From Lingula anatina (lineage: Eukaryota; Animalia; Brachiopoda): 64,000 nt of DNA. Below, one piece after another: positions 1-12,710 of this stretch. Under the pieces are notes generated by a model that did not search any database, was not told the origin of the DNA, and saw only the letters and a program-made list of their open reading frames with translations. The stretch covers positions 55,468,788-55,532,787 of the forward strand of contig CM120640.1 in the NCBI GenBank assembly GCA_051362555.1, given 5' to 3'. Within the stretch, counting starts at the first letter, position 1; each line of letters begins with the position of its first letter. The position numbers and the translations under genes are program-made.

Positions 1-760
1 AATAGTAAAAAGGTGATATCTCCATGCCCAATATCAATGGCATAATAATCCAAAACGACGGCACCCGTTCTCTTTATGACTTTAATTGTCGTGTAATTTG
101 AAAGTTATCCTAGAGATGAATTTGACGGCAAAGCGGCCACATTTCCACGTGGCGATAATACGCATGCGCAGAAAGCTCATTTCCTGGCAAATTCACTAAC
201 GACGTTTGCGCCAACCGACTTCGTTGGGGGCTGGGGGGGGGGGGGGGGGGGGGATTTTTTTTTTTTTTTCGGAGAACGGGCGAAAATCGGTGCGCGCGCA
301 GGATGTCATCCATAAAATTAAAAAAGTGTGGCCTTATCGTGTTATCGGTGCTGCATATATGCTGAAAAAAGTGAAAAAACAGCATTAATTCCCTATAAGT
401 GACTCGATCATGCTGATTTTCGAACTCGACCTGCGTATTATGAATATTCATCAGTTCTGTAAGTTTCAAGCCAAAAGGTACAATGGTTTTCCACTTATCG
501 TGTTATCGGTGCTGCATATACGTTGAAAAAAGTGAAAAAACAGCATAAATTCCCTAAGAGTGACCCGATCATGCTGATTTTCGAACTTGACCTGCGTATT
601 ATGAATATTCATCAGTTCTGCAAGTTTCAAATCAAAAGGCAAAATGGTTTTCCACTTATCGTGTTATCGGTAAAAGTGCACGGCGACGGCGACGACGGCA
701 ACGACAGACGCAGATGATGGCTATATGTACAGACACATCTGTGTCTGTACATAAAAAATC
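1..760 (+). mobile_element. Helentron/HINE-like non-autonomous element with internal 161-bp tandem repeats (5' end probably outside the window)
   Basis: CTTATCGTGTTATCGGT recurs at 333, 494 and 655 (period 161). It is followed by short CGACGG/GACA repeats, a perfect 14-bp-stem hairpin TATGTACAGACACA-TC-TGTGTCTGTACATA (724-753) and an A tail. Family assignment is from architecture only. Confidence 0.65.
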
Positions 761-893
761 TTTCATCAACTTAACATTTTTTTGACTTATAATTTTAAAC
801 CTATTGACCAAAACAAAAATTACGGTGAAGTAACTCATTCCACAATAAATCAGAATGTCACCCATGTTATGCCATTTTGATGCTGAACTTTAC

Positions 894-1934
894 CTCAAGC
901 TCTCTTGTTAGCAGCACTGCCCTCCTATACCAGTCCACCACTTCCCAGATCATGGAGATGTTGAGGTCTTCCTCATTTAGTAGAATACCTTGAAGTATTT
1001 CATCACCTGCAACATTCAAGGCATGATTTTACAATTTTAAGGTGGATCTTTATGTAGTTCATACTTCCATCCAGATTTGTTTTCTTATGTAACTTATTTA
1101 CCTTTCAAGCACTAATGACAAGCACGTATTTCAAAAAGAAATTTAAAATTAATACTTCTATCAATTTAATTGTAGTACCACTTTTTTTTTAATTGTGGAT
1201 GTACCTGTGGTCCTTGCTTGAATGGACTCAGACACACACGTGTGAATGAAGACATCATTTTCTAAAATCTGCAACTCTTGAAGCAGGTCTATACCATCTC
1301 TGGCACTGCGCTTCCCCTCTTCTATAGGCTGATAACACTGGTGCATACGTTGTAAACAGTCCTTGTAGTTACCAATTTGAAGGGAAGTTATTCCAGCTCT
1401 AGACAAAAGGAAAGGTAACAAAAATTCTTTAACTCAAGTCACAGTTTTAAGTATATCAAAACAGAAAACAGTTCTTCTAGAAGAACCCACTTTAAAATCT
1501 CCTTTCTGTGGTAATCTTAATTATGACAGTTATCACAGGGATAAACATCAAAGGGGCACTTGCAGGACAGTGGATGAGTGAGACAACCTCTTGCTCCCAG
1601 TTTAATTTATTGCCCCTCTTCTATAACTATAAACATTAACAGGTGGTTTCAATACATGTTGTTAATTTGCTTTGTAATGTAGTTTGTGGCCATATGAATT
1701 TCTCATCTAGCTGTGAAAGATATAATCGAGGCCTGTACATGAACCCAGCAATTTCAAGAGTTTTATTTTTTCTAAAACAGTAGACCTTTCAGCTGAAATG
1801 ACAAGATCAAATTTATATTCAGAGCAGGCATTTTTCCTGCCAAAAAGGTTGACACCCCTCTCTCCCACAGGACTGACATAATGTAGGTTGGCATGTATCT
1901 ACTAGCCCTAGCAATGGCGAAAAAAATAATAAAT

Positions 1935-1983
<49 letters not shown>

Positions 1984-2749
1984 GCACTGTCAAAGTGGGA
2001 TGCCCCAAACAATTTAAACATCTGTCAAAAATTCTCAAGCAATTTAAGATAGGTCCTTCAAAACCTTTTTCAGGGGGGCACTCCTAGTTGTAAATTCATT
2101 TACTGGGCAGTACAAGATGTACAATTTAAACTAGGCTTGAAAATGACAGATTTCAAAGACGAGTCATTTTAACAACACAAATTTAAATCAATTAAACGAA
2201 AACCCATACACTGATACATATAGAAAATGAAAATGCTTAACACCTAAAAAGTACATTTGCAATCTCGATGAAGCAGTCCGTTCTTGGAGATGGGTGATCT
2301 GGCGATAAATAATTTAAGTACTCCTCTATGGCTTGCACACGTTGGTCTGTCTCCAGATTTCCACAATTTTGCAAAGCCTCCTGAGTGCAGGAAAACAACA
2401 TCCCTGTCACTTTCTTCACCCAATCCTCGGACTGTACTGGTTCACCACTAGTTATTCCCAGGTTAAAATGCTGTATTGCCTCTTTGAAGTAATGCTGCTG
2501 CAGGGAGAACCTCTCGTTGCAAATCCGTAAAACGACCGCGAGTTTCCATGCTGCCATGCCAGTGTTTTTGGCAGCAGAGGAACGTTCTACAGCAGTGTTG
2601 CTAAAATCATTCGCTTTATAATAGCATTTCAGGGCTGACAGCAATCGCTGACGACGCAAGTCTGGAGTCAGAGAATCTCTAACGGAAACATAATGTTGAT
2701 TCCCTTCTTTTCTCCACATTTCCGAAACAGAAGCGCCTGCAGACGACAT
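894..2749 (-). CDS. Uncharacterised alpha-helical (TPR-like) protein, first three coding exons; gene continues beyond the left edge
   Basis: Exons 2749-2244 (MSSAGASVSEMWRKEGNQHY...IANVLFR), 1398-1205 (AGITSLQIG...IQARTTG) and 1006-894 (DEILQGILLNEEDLNISMIWEVVDWYRRAVLLTRELE). All are GT-AG with consistent phases (2,1,0). WRKEGNxxY resembles a TPR helix A start. Confidence 0.8.
1941..1980. repeat. (AT)n microsatellite
   Basis: Direct reading. Confidence 0.95.
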
Positions 2750-2924
2750 GACACTGTCCTGGATTGACAAGCCGATAAACGTCAAAATGGTTGATCACTT
2801 CACTTGTTGTGTTAAGTTTGGAGACTTTCCTAAAGTTATGTCGGCTTATGTGCGATCTGATTCTACTGGGAATAAAAGGCCTCTTTGTCAGCCGCGGGCT
2901 TCCTCCGAGCCTCATGGGACTTAT

Positions 2925-2960
2925 GCCTTCCGCCCATTGGTTGACACTAATGACGTCAAC
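2925..2960 (-). promoter_or_regulatory. Putative promoter of the uncharacterised gene (CRE palindrome, CCAAT and GC boxes)
   Basis: TGACGTCA at 2951-2958 and TTCCGCCCATTGG near 2928-2940, in a CpG-richer patch about 200 bp upstream of the ATG. Confidence 0.4.
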
Positions 2961-3652
2961 CGTTTACTTTCGATTTGCAACCCTGCTAGTTTCTCCGAGA
3001 ATATTTCTGTAGATCTAAAAGTACATATTTCACCGATATTTAGATGAATAATTTTATCTTTCACTATGATTAAAAATATAGCTATGCTATTTTCCCCAAA
3101 GGTTTAATTTTTTTTTTGTGTCCGGAGGTTATTGTTGGCAAAAATTGCCTATCAATAGATGATTAAATTCCTTAGTGTAACAAAGATGTAGGTGCAAATG
3201 AAAACTTCTAAAACTCGATTGAATGTGGTCTTTAATTTTGCGGTCTGAAGTTCTAAATATGAAATGAGTGATGGTAAAGTCAGTTATAAATAGTAACGTT
3301 TTATTTTATTTCCCAGTTTTGTCAGTTTTTGGTGTTCACATAGAGGTTAGAGTAGAAAGTATTTATTTTCGTTTTCTAAGCCTAACAATTGTTTTAAAAT
3401 GATGGTGAGCCTTCCGGGTTTTTTTTTTTTTTTTAACAAATTCACTTTGTTTTTCAGTGTGAACTGTTCCTGGTACAAAGCATATTACATTATAGAATAT
3501 TTTACCTAAAAAGAGCCAGTGAGTCATACTTTATGTAAAATACATTTCATAAACTTTGAAAATGTTTATTTTGAGAACAAGCTAGATGTTCTCCGATATA
3601 TTTATGTATCTTTCTTTTTAAATGCAGATTATACACCTCTGAATGACAATGT

Positions 3653-3675
3653 TTTATTTAACAGATTTCTTTATT
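3653..3675 (-). terminator. Candidate poly(A) signals of the RhoGAP gene (implies a ~2.2-kb 3'UTR)
   Basis: Two AATAAA on the minus strand (TTTATT at 3653-3658 and 3670-3675). Motif evidence only. Confidence 0.35.
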
Positions 3676-5847
3676 GAAAGCTTCAGCAACAAAAATCATT
3701 TTTAAAAATCAAAATGTATGAGGGCCATGTTTTATATGTTCAATATATTTGCAATGCACAAGATAATTTAAAACACATCAGTAGAATTAGCAGAACATGA
3801 CGAGATCACAAACATATTGCAATAATGCCACATGTATATCAATTCAAATACCATTTTAAAAAAAAGCTATCTTGCAGTTCAATTATGTTTAAACAGTGCT
3901 CGGGTTCCATTAGAAAAAACAGGCTGCACAACCAGTAAAATATTCAAAATAAAACAAAGCTACCATATCACACAGAAACATATGCATATTTACACAAGTA
4001 TATACACCAATACTTAAAAATCAATGTTACAATGACAAATTCCTGTACAACAGCACCCAAATATACAAACCCCAAATGGGAGTACTAAATGAATGATTTG
4101 ATAAATAGATCACTTTAAAATTGATAGAAATAAGTGCCCACTGTGTATCAGTGAAATTGCTGTGGAACTGCTTTAAAATCACTTTGAATGTGCAAAAACA
4201 TCAAATTTGAAAACAGATTAATATTGAATAAGATAAAAATTTAATCCCTGCTGAAAAGGAAGGCAATGGCTGACTACAACCAGCCATTTAAATGTCACAG
4301 TCATACTGCCTATAGCATTTACTTTACAGTCTGTCTTGCTGTTTACTTAAAAGCCACAGTTTAACTGCTTTGCTACCTTGTTTCACTGTTATATCATATC
4401 TAGGATACTTAAATAGTCTCTGCTTCTCAGAAAACTTGTACATATCAAAAATCTAATTCATGATGCCCCTCTTTCTCCTTAGAGCACCTCAAAGGCATCT
4501 TAATGTAAAACAGAAGTATCAGTGACACAAATAACTTCAATTTAGCACACCAATGGAATACACATTGGAAGCAAATGGACAAAATTATCCACGGCCTTCC
4601 ACACTTTGGTTGAAAAAGTGTTAATACTCTTTTCAACATGTTTCTTTGAAAATAAACTAAAATATCTAAATCATCTTCTATGTAAAATATCAATTACTAC
4701 AATAATTAGGATTAAAACAAAATATACTTCCTTACAACTTCTACTTAGATAAATAACTTGTTTTCTTATAATTTAAGTACTGGAATGCATCAGAGTAACA
4801 GCATAAGCCGATCATGAGATGTTTTACTTGTAACTGCTCTACCAAATCTCCACACAACACATTGTACAATTATAAAAAACTGTATGTTGATGTGAACTGC
4901 ATGGTCAACATTAAATAAACAGGCTCTTAAATTGATAACACAGTACACTCACTGAGTAAAACCCCATGGAATTGTTAAAATAATTTACAATATTTAAAGT
5001 CATGTCAGCACAGACAGTTGACAAACATAAATAACTAAACATAGCAAAATAAGCTCAACTTCTTGTGAAAATGACAGCTCTTAAAATCTGTCCAACTATA
5101 AAGTTATAGTGATTTAGTGTCCCACTCGACTTGTCTCATAGTGTGTCATATTTCCTTCAGAGTTCTGTTATATTTCTATTATAAAATTAGCATAATCTGA
5201 CAATATTTGGTTTCCCAAAGTTTTTTTTTCACGGTCGCTATGATTTCCATAGAGGAAAATTGTAAAGATAGTCAATAAAATTTACTCTAAAACACCAATT
5301 CAAAAAATGCACCTTTATAATATGTTACTAGAAAGGTTCAGGGAAAACATGTCTGCTCTGTCATGCTGCAACAGTGTGCAACAACTAATAAACAGTATCA
5401 TCTGTAAGTTAATTGTAATACTGAATCATATTTATTTCATGGTTTAAAATTTAATTACCCCTCAACAACATCCCCATCTGCTTTCTTTTAGATGATATTC
5501 CACTGCTCAACATTTTATGTTTACCATTCAGCATCATGTAATTGTTACTGTTATATCAGTCTAATGAGAACCAGCTCATAAACTATCTGGCTTAAAAACA
5601 ACCTTAATCATTTTAGTCAGCAAATTCTTAGGGCAAGCAAAACAACAAAGTACCATTTATATATAGCTTTTATATTATGAAAGACAACCTATTTGACCTT
5701 TCTGGCAAAAAAATAATGAAAGACCAAGGGTTTGATTGTTCCACAAATATTTAAAAGAGATAGTTCAAAAGTACATATCTTGTTATTTATCTGTGGTTAA
5801 TATTCAATAAAACACCAGCACATTTGATCCAAAGAAAGATCAAAAGA

Positions 5848-8800
5848 TCAGCTGCCCCCCTTTTTGGGCTCAAACCATGTTTGTGTAACAAAGTACCTCT
5901 CTTCAACTTGCGTGAAATCGACCTCACTCAAATCCGGAACTCCGTTAGAGATCTGTGCAATGTCTGTCTGTTCTAGAGGACAATCACTGGAAGAGGCTTC
6001 CACTGGTAAACTTAAAAAGACATGCTGGTTTTCACCAGATTCATCAACAAATGTATCCTGTTCCTCCTCTTCTGCCAATGACTGATCATGTTCTGTAAAA
6101 ACACTGTCTACGTCTGATATACCAGCATCTGATGTACCAGTCTCTGAAAACCCTCTGCTAACAGATGTGTCCCGACTTCTGTCCCCAAAGTCACTACCAT
6201 CCATGCTCAAATTAATGCTGTTAAAGGGTCCAAGAAACCAGTTCGAGCGCTGGCGCATTCTCTGGATTTGTTTCTTTTTGATTATGTCAAATCGACTCAA
6301 ACTTTTGGTCTGAAAAGTTTTACGCATTTTTGATTCATCTGGCTTCCGGCGGAACCTCTGCAACAGGAAATGAATAATTTTGAGTTAGTTTCATGTTACA
6401 TTGGGCTGAAACTACTGTCTTTTTTCTGTGATTAACACAAAGACAAACTGATACACAAAGATTTAACAGTGTATTCAAAGTTATTTCAAAATCCAAAGCC
6501 TTTACACTTATATACCATACAGAAATTTAAAATATCCCCTGGTATATCTCAATATTGTTTGAATATTAATTACAAAGATACTGAGCGACTAAGCATAAGC
6601 TTAAACCATTTCAAGCAGCTTAAGCAGTAACTAGGATTGGAAAAATCAGGCTAAGCTAGAAGCATATAAATTTTCTAGTATAGTTTAGTTCCCCAACCTT
6701 TAACAATAAAAAATTATTCATTAGCAATGTAATAATAAATCATTCAGATTCTTTTTTCATATCAAGTTCAATGGCAGAGGTTAAAGATTAGGAGCAACAA
6801 ATACATTTTACTCACATTATTATAGTTCTCTGCACATGGACTGTATTTTTGAAAAATATGTATTCAAAAAATAGTTATGAACATATTCAAACTATTCTAC
6901 AGCTACAGCATCTATACACAATTATGACCATTTTTTTCCAAAAACACAGTCAAGAAAACCTGGTGTGCAAAGCAGTAGCCCCTGAACCAACCTTGTTAAC
7001 ATCAGGTGCAGATAGGGAGGTTGCATTGTGCAAGTACTTCTGCTGGACAGGAGACAGGAAGTAAGGGGCAGTAGAAGCACGGTCTCTGTGAGAGGGCGCC
7101 ACCTGCTGGGACACAGGGCGTCTTAAAGGAGGTGCCGTATGGATCTCTACGGCCTCTACCTGTTTATTGGCCAACCCGCCTTGTCCTGTGGGAGGGCAAT
7201 TTTCACAGTCACCTTTTCCCATGTTACTACCAGAGAGCGTCTCTTTGTGCTGCTGTGGTTGTTGGGGTGAGGATAATGATGTCTGCTGCCTTCTTTGCTT
7301 GAGCTCGCTTGCTGTCATCGCAAACTGCTCTGACGTCACTGCTGAAAATGTTTTGGTAAAAAAGTCTAACTTTTTTTATATACAGGTAGATTAGACAATT
7401 ATAAAAATTCTTCAATCATGTATTAACAGTAATAAAAGTCCACTTAATCGAATAACATGAGTTAATTAATTCATAAAAAATTATTGATAATGCTTATATT
7501 AATTGATTATTTTGAATCAAAAAATGTTCACAAACTGATTGCAAAATTGTTGCAAAAGCAAGAAAAAAGTGCAGAAGATGGTTGTAAGGAAGAGTGCTGC
7601 ACATCTGACACTGTTAAGATACATAATTCAAAGATGGCAAAACTACGTCTTATTCTATCCACATGCATTAGCCAAAGAGGAACAAGTTTATTATGTCACA
7701 ATGCACTCAGTGCTGCTAAGGGGATATAATATCATTATAAAGATCTATGACAGTCAGAATGTGGATGGCACAATAGACATCAACAGGCATATAATGTAAC
7801 TACTCCAGCTGACAAAAAACATACTACAAATCTGTCTTTTATCATGACTTTAGGATACTGCACCCATCCTACTTATTTACGCATTATCTACTATTTACCA
7901 ACATCTTGCAAGTTACACAAACACCAATGCATTATGTTTATGACACAACCAATCTGTTTTTAGTATTATATATTCTTACCATCCATATCAACATGGAAGC
8001 CCCGTTTCTTGGCTTCAGTCTGGAGGACTAGCGAAAATAACTTCAAGGATTTTTCTCCTGGTAATGCAAGCATGCAAGAAAAAGGTTCATTATCATGCAA
8101 GGGAGAAATTACAAAGTGCAATAAATTCACATCATAAACATGCTTGCCACAGTATCAGCCAGAATAATGTTTGGTCCTCTAATTCTGCACTCTTATTGGT
8201 TGAGAACTGGTGGATGCAAAAAATTTCCTTCAAGATGTTATATCAAGTTGCTCTGATGTGACACAAAATGGTTCTGAGAGCTCTGTTCTCAAACCCCACA
8301 AATGTTTCTTGTTTAAGGTGGTTACCAATTTTAACCCCCCCCCCCCCCCCAAAAAAAAAAAAAATAAATAAATAAATAAATAAATTTTAAAAAACCTTCA
8401 TTCCAAGCTGGAGGTAGAGAGGACAAAGTAAAAAGTGCCTGCACAGAAGCTATCTAGTGTACTGTATTGGACAGACACTCAGAGTGAAGAATGAGAGGAT
8501 TTTGTTTTATCCAGATTGGTCAAAGTATCTATTCTACTGAAAGCTGCTAAATTCTTTTGAAGTCGATTTCATTTCATGATGTCTAATTATTTTTTGTTTA
8601 CTGCTAATGATACCTAAAATATACATATGCAAGTTCTTTGATCATTTTGGTTTACTGGCAAGTGAAACATACTCAGAATTCAATATGCTTACCATTTATG
8701 ACAGTAATGTCATAGGTGTATTGAAAACCTTTCATGCTCTATTGGAAATACCAGTTGAATGTTAGTATCAAACATTACTATTCTTTAGTAAAAATAACTG

Positions 8801-11800
8801 TGGTTACTACTGATTAGATTATAGCTATATAAAACAAAACACAAAAATGAACAAAACAGTCAAAGAAGTGTATGATTTAAAAGTTGCTCAACTGATTAAA
8901 TTTCAGATGCAGCCTGTTTAGGATTAATTGTTTAAAGTATATTTTTGCTTTGTATTTGATCTTTATGCTGTTTTTAGACTTAAAGGGATAATAACTGTTT
9001 GTTTTGGCCAAAAAATGAATTTTCCTGTAGTAAACAATTTTCCAATACTTACCAATGGTTAATGAATCCATTTCTAAATTCAATATTAGTCCCCGTTTTT
9101 TTTTTTTTTCTAAAAATTTAGTTTTTTTTTTTTTTTTGTTATAATCTCTCAAGAGATTATTACAGAGTATAGCCATCTTTGGAGGTCATGTGGTCCAATA
9201 ACAAGCACAGATATCAGAATAACAGCTATAACTGCCGTTTTTGTGGTAAAACAGAATATATTATATTTCTATGAGTTGTCTACAATGTTTTTATTGTGAA
9301 ATATAGATCTCAGAGTTATTATCCCTTTAAATCGATATTAAAAAGGTAGATAGCTAAGTGCAAATGAAATCCATGCATCATCAGATTAAATTTTGAAACA
9401 TCCAAAGTTTAAAGAAACAGAAAGAATGTGCACTGATAAGTTTCAGGTACAACTCTTTAGATAAAATACAATAAATATAAGAAAATATATATGTCGTATT
9501 AGTAGTAAGCAGCTGGAATATTTACTGTGTAGAATGTTGAAAAAGCTCATAGTTAATTAATCATGCTTTAGCTCTATCTAAAAGTCTGTAAAGGTACATA
9601 TCTGGTGATATGACTAAAAATCAACATGAGATTTCACATGTACACACACTAGACAATAGAAGTGTCACCCCTACTGAAGCATTACTTTGGGGGAGATAAA
9701 TGACTGTGGAATGATATGCTCCTGGTATCATTTTATTAACATCAAATTTCACAAAAAAAAAAAACACAAAATGAGAACAAAACATACATTCTACCAATGC
9801 AGTTTCAAGTCCAAAATTAGTACTTAGTGGCATAGCCACATGACCTAATAATAGCTGCCAGTCTGCGAGGCAAGGATTCACATTATTGTCTGATGCGTTC
9901 AGAGCTTATGCTGGCCCAAGCATGAAACACTGAATCTAACAGAGTTTGTCTGCTGGTTGGACGGGCATTTGTCAAAAGTTGTGACATATCATTCCACAAA
10001 TTTTCTATTATTTTTGCATCTGGACTCAGGGCAGGCCACACCACCCTGCGAATGTCCTGTTGGTCAAACCAATCATCAACTGCTCTGTGTCTGTGACAAG
10101 GAGCATTGTCATCCTGGTGAACAAATGAAGAATTCCTGTCACCAAACATAGCAAGCCTGACTCCAAAACATCGATATATTTCTGGTTATTCATGTTTCCA
10201 TCAACCACTACCAATTCACCCACGCCATGGATGCTGATGCAGCCCCACACCATGATAGATATGCTGCTCCGGGTTCGAAAACTCAGTGCATGTGGTTCAA
10301 ATGCTTTACCAGCAGTTTGCCAGCATCGGGCCTGTCTGTCATCAGAGGTCAGACCAAAGCGACATTCATCAGAAAAACTATTTAGGACCAATTGTCATGG
10401 ACTGTCCGGTTCCAGATCCTGTTGGCCTTAGTTCACTCTATGTTGCCTGTTTTGTAACGATATAAGAGGTTTCAGTCTTGCTAACCTGCTGTTCACTCTC
10501 TGAGCATGTAACCGACACCCACTGTGTTGTCAACTGACAAGCAATGTCGAACTTTGACAATCTGGACATCAAAATCAGTCGTCAGTCTTCACGGTCAGTA
10601 GTTTTTCTTGGACGACCCATCAGAGGCAATTTGTCTCTTGATCCAGTGTTTTTATACCGAGACCAGACCCTCTACACGGTTCTGACTGAACAATTCAACT
10701 GTATTGATATTCTGACATTGCTTATATTCCGCCTCTTCAGGTTAATAACTTGACGTCTATAATCATTAGATAATTGCCTGTATTTTGCCATATTGGAGGA
10801 AGACAGGAATAACATTTACTGTACATGTACAAGACCAACAATACAATTCCATGGTACAGCGGTTTTACACTCATTAGTCACACTATAAGTAGACCAGGCA
10901 TTATAACTACCCAAGATCTGCCTACTTTGATTACTCTGATTTAGGGGGTGACATTTCTATTGTCCAGTGTGTGTAGGTATGGCTGTGTTAATCACATATT
11001 TTTCACAAATCATATATTTGAGGAAACCTGCATATGTGCATATCAAATAAAATGCACTCTAAGAAAACCCTACAGACTTTTGAATAAGATAGAAAATATA
11101 GTTTCACTTCGTTGAGAAGATCTCACTTACTTGGCACTAATTCTTCAGATGGATATTTGTATTCATACTTAAACTTATGAGTCACATGAATCCCTGAGTT
11201 GGTCCGCTCTACAAAATACTGAATATTCTCGACACCAAACATATTTGAGACTGCAAAGTTCTCAATCAAGAACTGCATTACTTTGGATGCCTTTGCGACC
11301 TTTGTTGGATCATCTGAGCAAGTGTGAAACATACTTCCTGTTACACTGCGAGCTAAGGCCTCACCAGACATGGCAGTGATTTCTGAATGATGCACTACAC
11401 GGAACCATGTCCCAAATAATAATGCTAGAAAGCGCTGTGAGCTTTTGCTTAGGGACATGAAGTATCTGAAATGATAAAGGTTAACACCTTATTTTATGTT
11501 ATAAAGGATGCAGAAATTATTTTTACATATGCTTATGTGTGTAGAATATGATATGATAAATGCATGTCAGTTAGTATCAGGTTAAGATGGTGGACTCCAA
11601 ATCAGATTCTCTTTACATCTGGTGTGCAAGGTGTGTTACAAGGTCACAAGGAAAATGGTGATTGTCATGCTGATATTCAAGTCATTTTAAGCACAAACAA
11701 CAAGGATGGGATGGTGGTAGTAGAGTTAAGTGGGTAAAAAACTACACAAAGGTTTACTGAAAAGTGTTCTAGGCATGGAGTAAGTGGTCACTATCACCCA

Positions 11801-12656
11801 CAGTGATCCTTGCACACCATCACAGTATGCAGTCCTCCAACTTATTCAAATTATAAACATCAAAGTCATAAGCACAAATCTAATCTCTATTTTTTTTCTT
11901 ATCTAAGAATCTGAAAATGATTAAGTGAGTCACTTGAACCATTGGCAACTGAAAACAATTTGCACTCTTCACTGAATAATAAAGTTAAGACAATGAATCT
12001 ATTAAAAATTCTATTCAGATAATCAAATGTAAATTTTAGCTCAGAAAGTGTTAGCATTTTTAAAAAACATTTTTGCCTAATGTATTAGTTAGATGTCACA
12101 CCCAAACAAAAATATTGTCAAATTACAGATTAGAGAGCAACATATCAGATGCTTACTTATGAATCTTTTCATATCTTTCCATTGTATCAGGTATTTCCAT
12201 TGCCTGTAGTAAAAGTCCCTCTCCCTCTTCACCAAATACTCCTCCAGGAATCTTGAGCAAAAATTTCTGCAAAGATGAAAACATTACATTGAATATATTT
12301 TAACTGTTTCACAAAATACTGATAAAATGACTGCTTGATGAAAACTTTGTTCACTGGAAACAATTTTTATATGTGAAAAACTTAAAGTGGCTTGACATTT
12401 TCCATTTTCAACATTACATGAGCATCAATTTCCTCTTGAAAAACGACATGCTTCAACTATGTGCCATGTTGCAATTATTCTTTGCTGCAATGCCTGGTTT
12501 TATACCTTTAAACTCATTCTTATTACATTTCTTAATAGATGACATATCCCTATGCCAAACCAGTATGTGTCTTACTGTAGAGTTTCAATAATACTAGTTA
12601 TCTAATAAGGCAGCAGCTGAAAAGACCAAGAAACTATCAAAGCATTCCATGTGCTG

Positions 12657-12710
<54 letters not shown>

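Noticed and set aside
110-865. ORFs of 60-119 aa at the window start
   Set aside because: They lie in a tandem-repeat element and homopolymer runs, with no protein-like features.
6950-6991. Extending RhoGAP exon 7 to the donor at 6960
   Set aside because: It gives phase 2, incompatible with the CAG acceptor at 6357. The AAG|gttggt donor at 6992 keeps the frame.
8877-9176. Similar short ORFs (LTIGKYWKIVY..KIHFLA.T.SYYPF) at 8877, 48181 and 50604 suggesting a gene family
   Set aside because: They are incidental translations of the three MITE copies.
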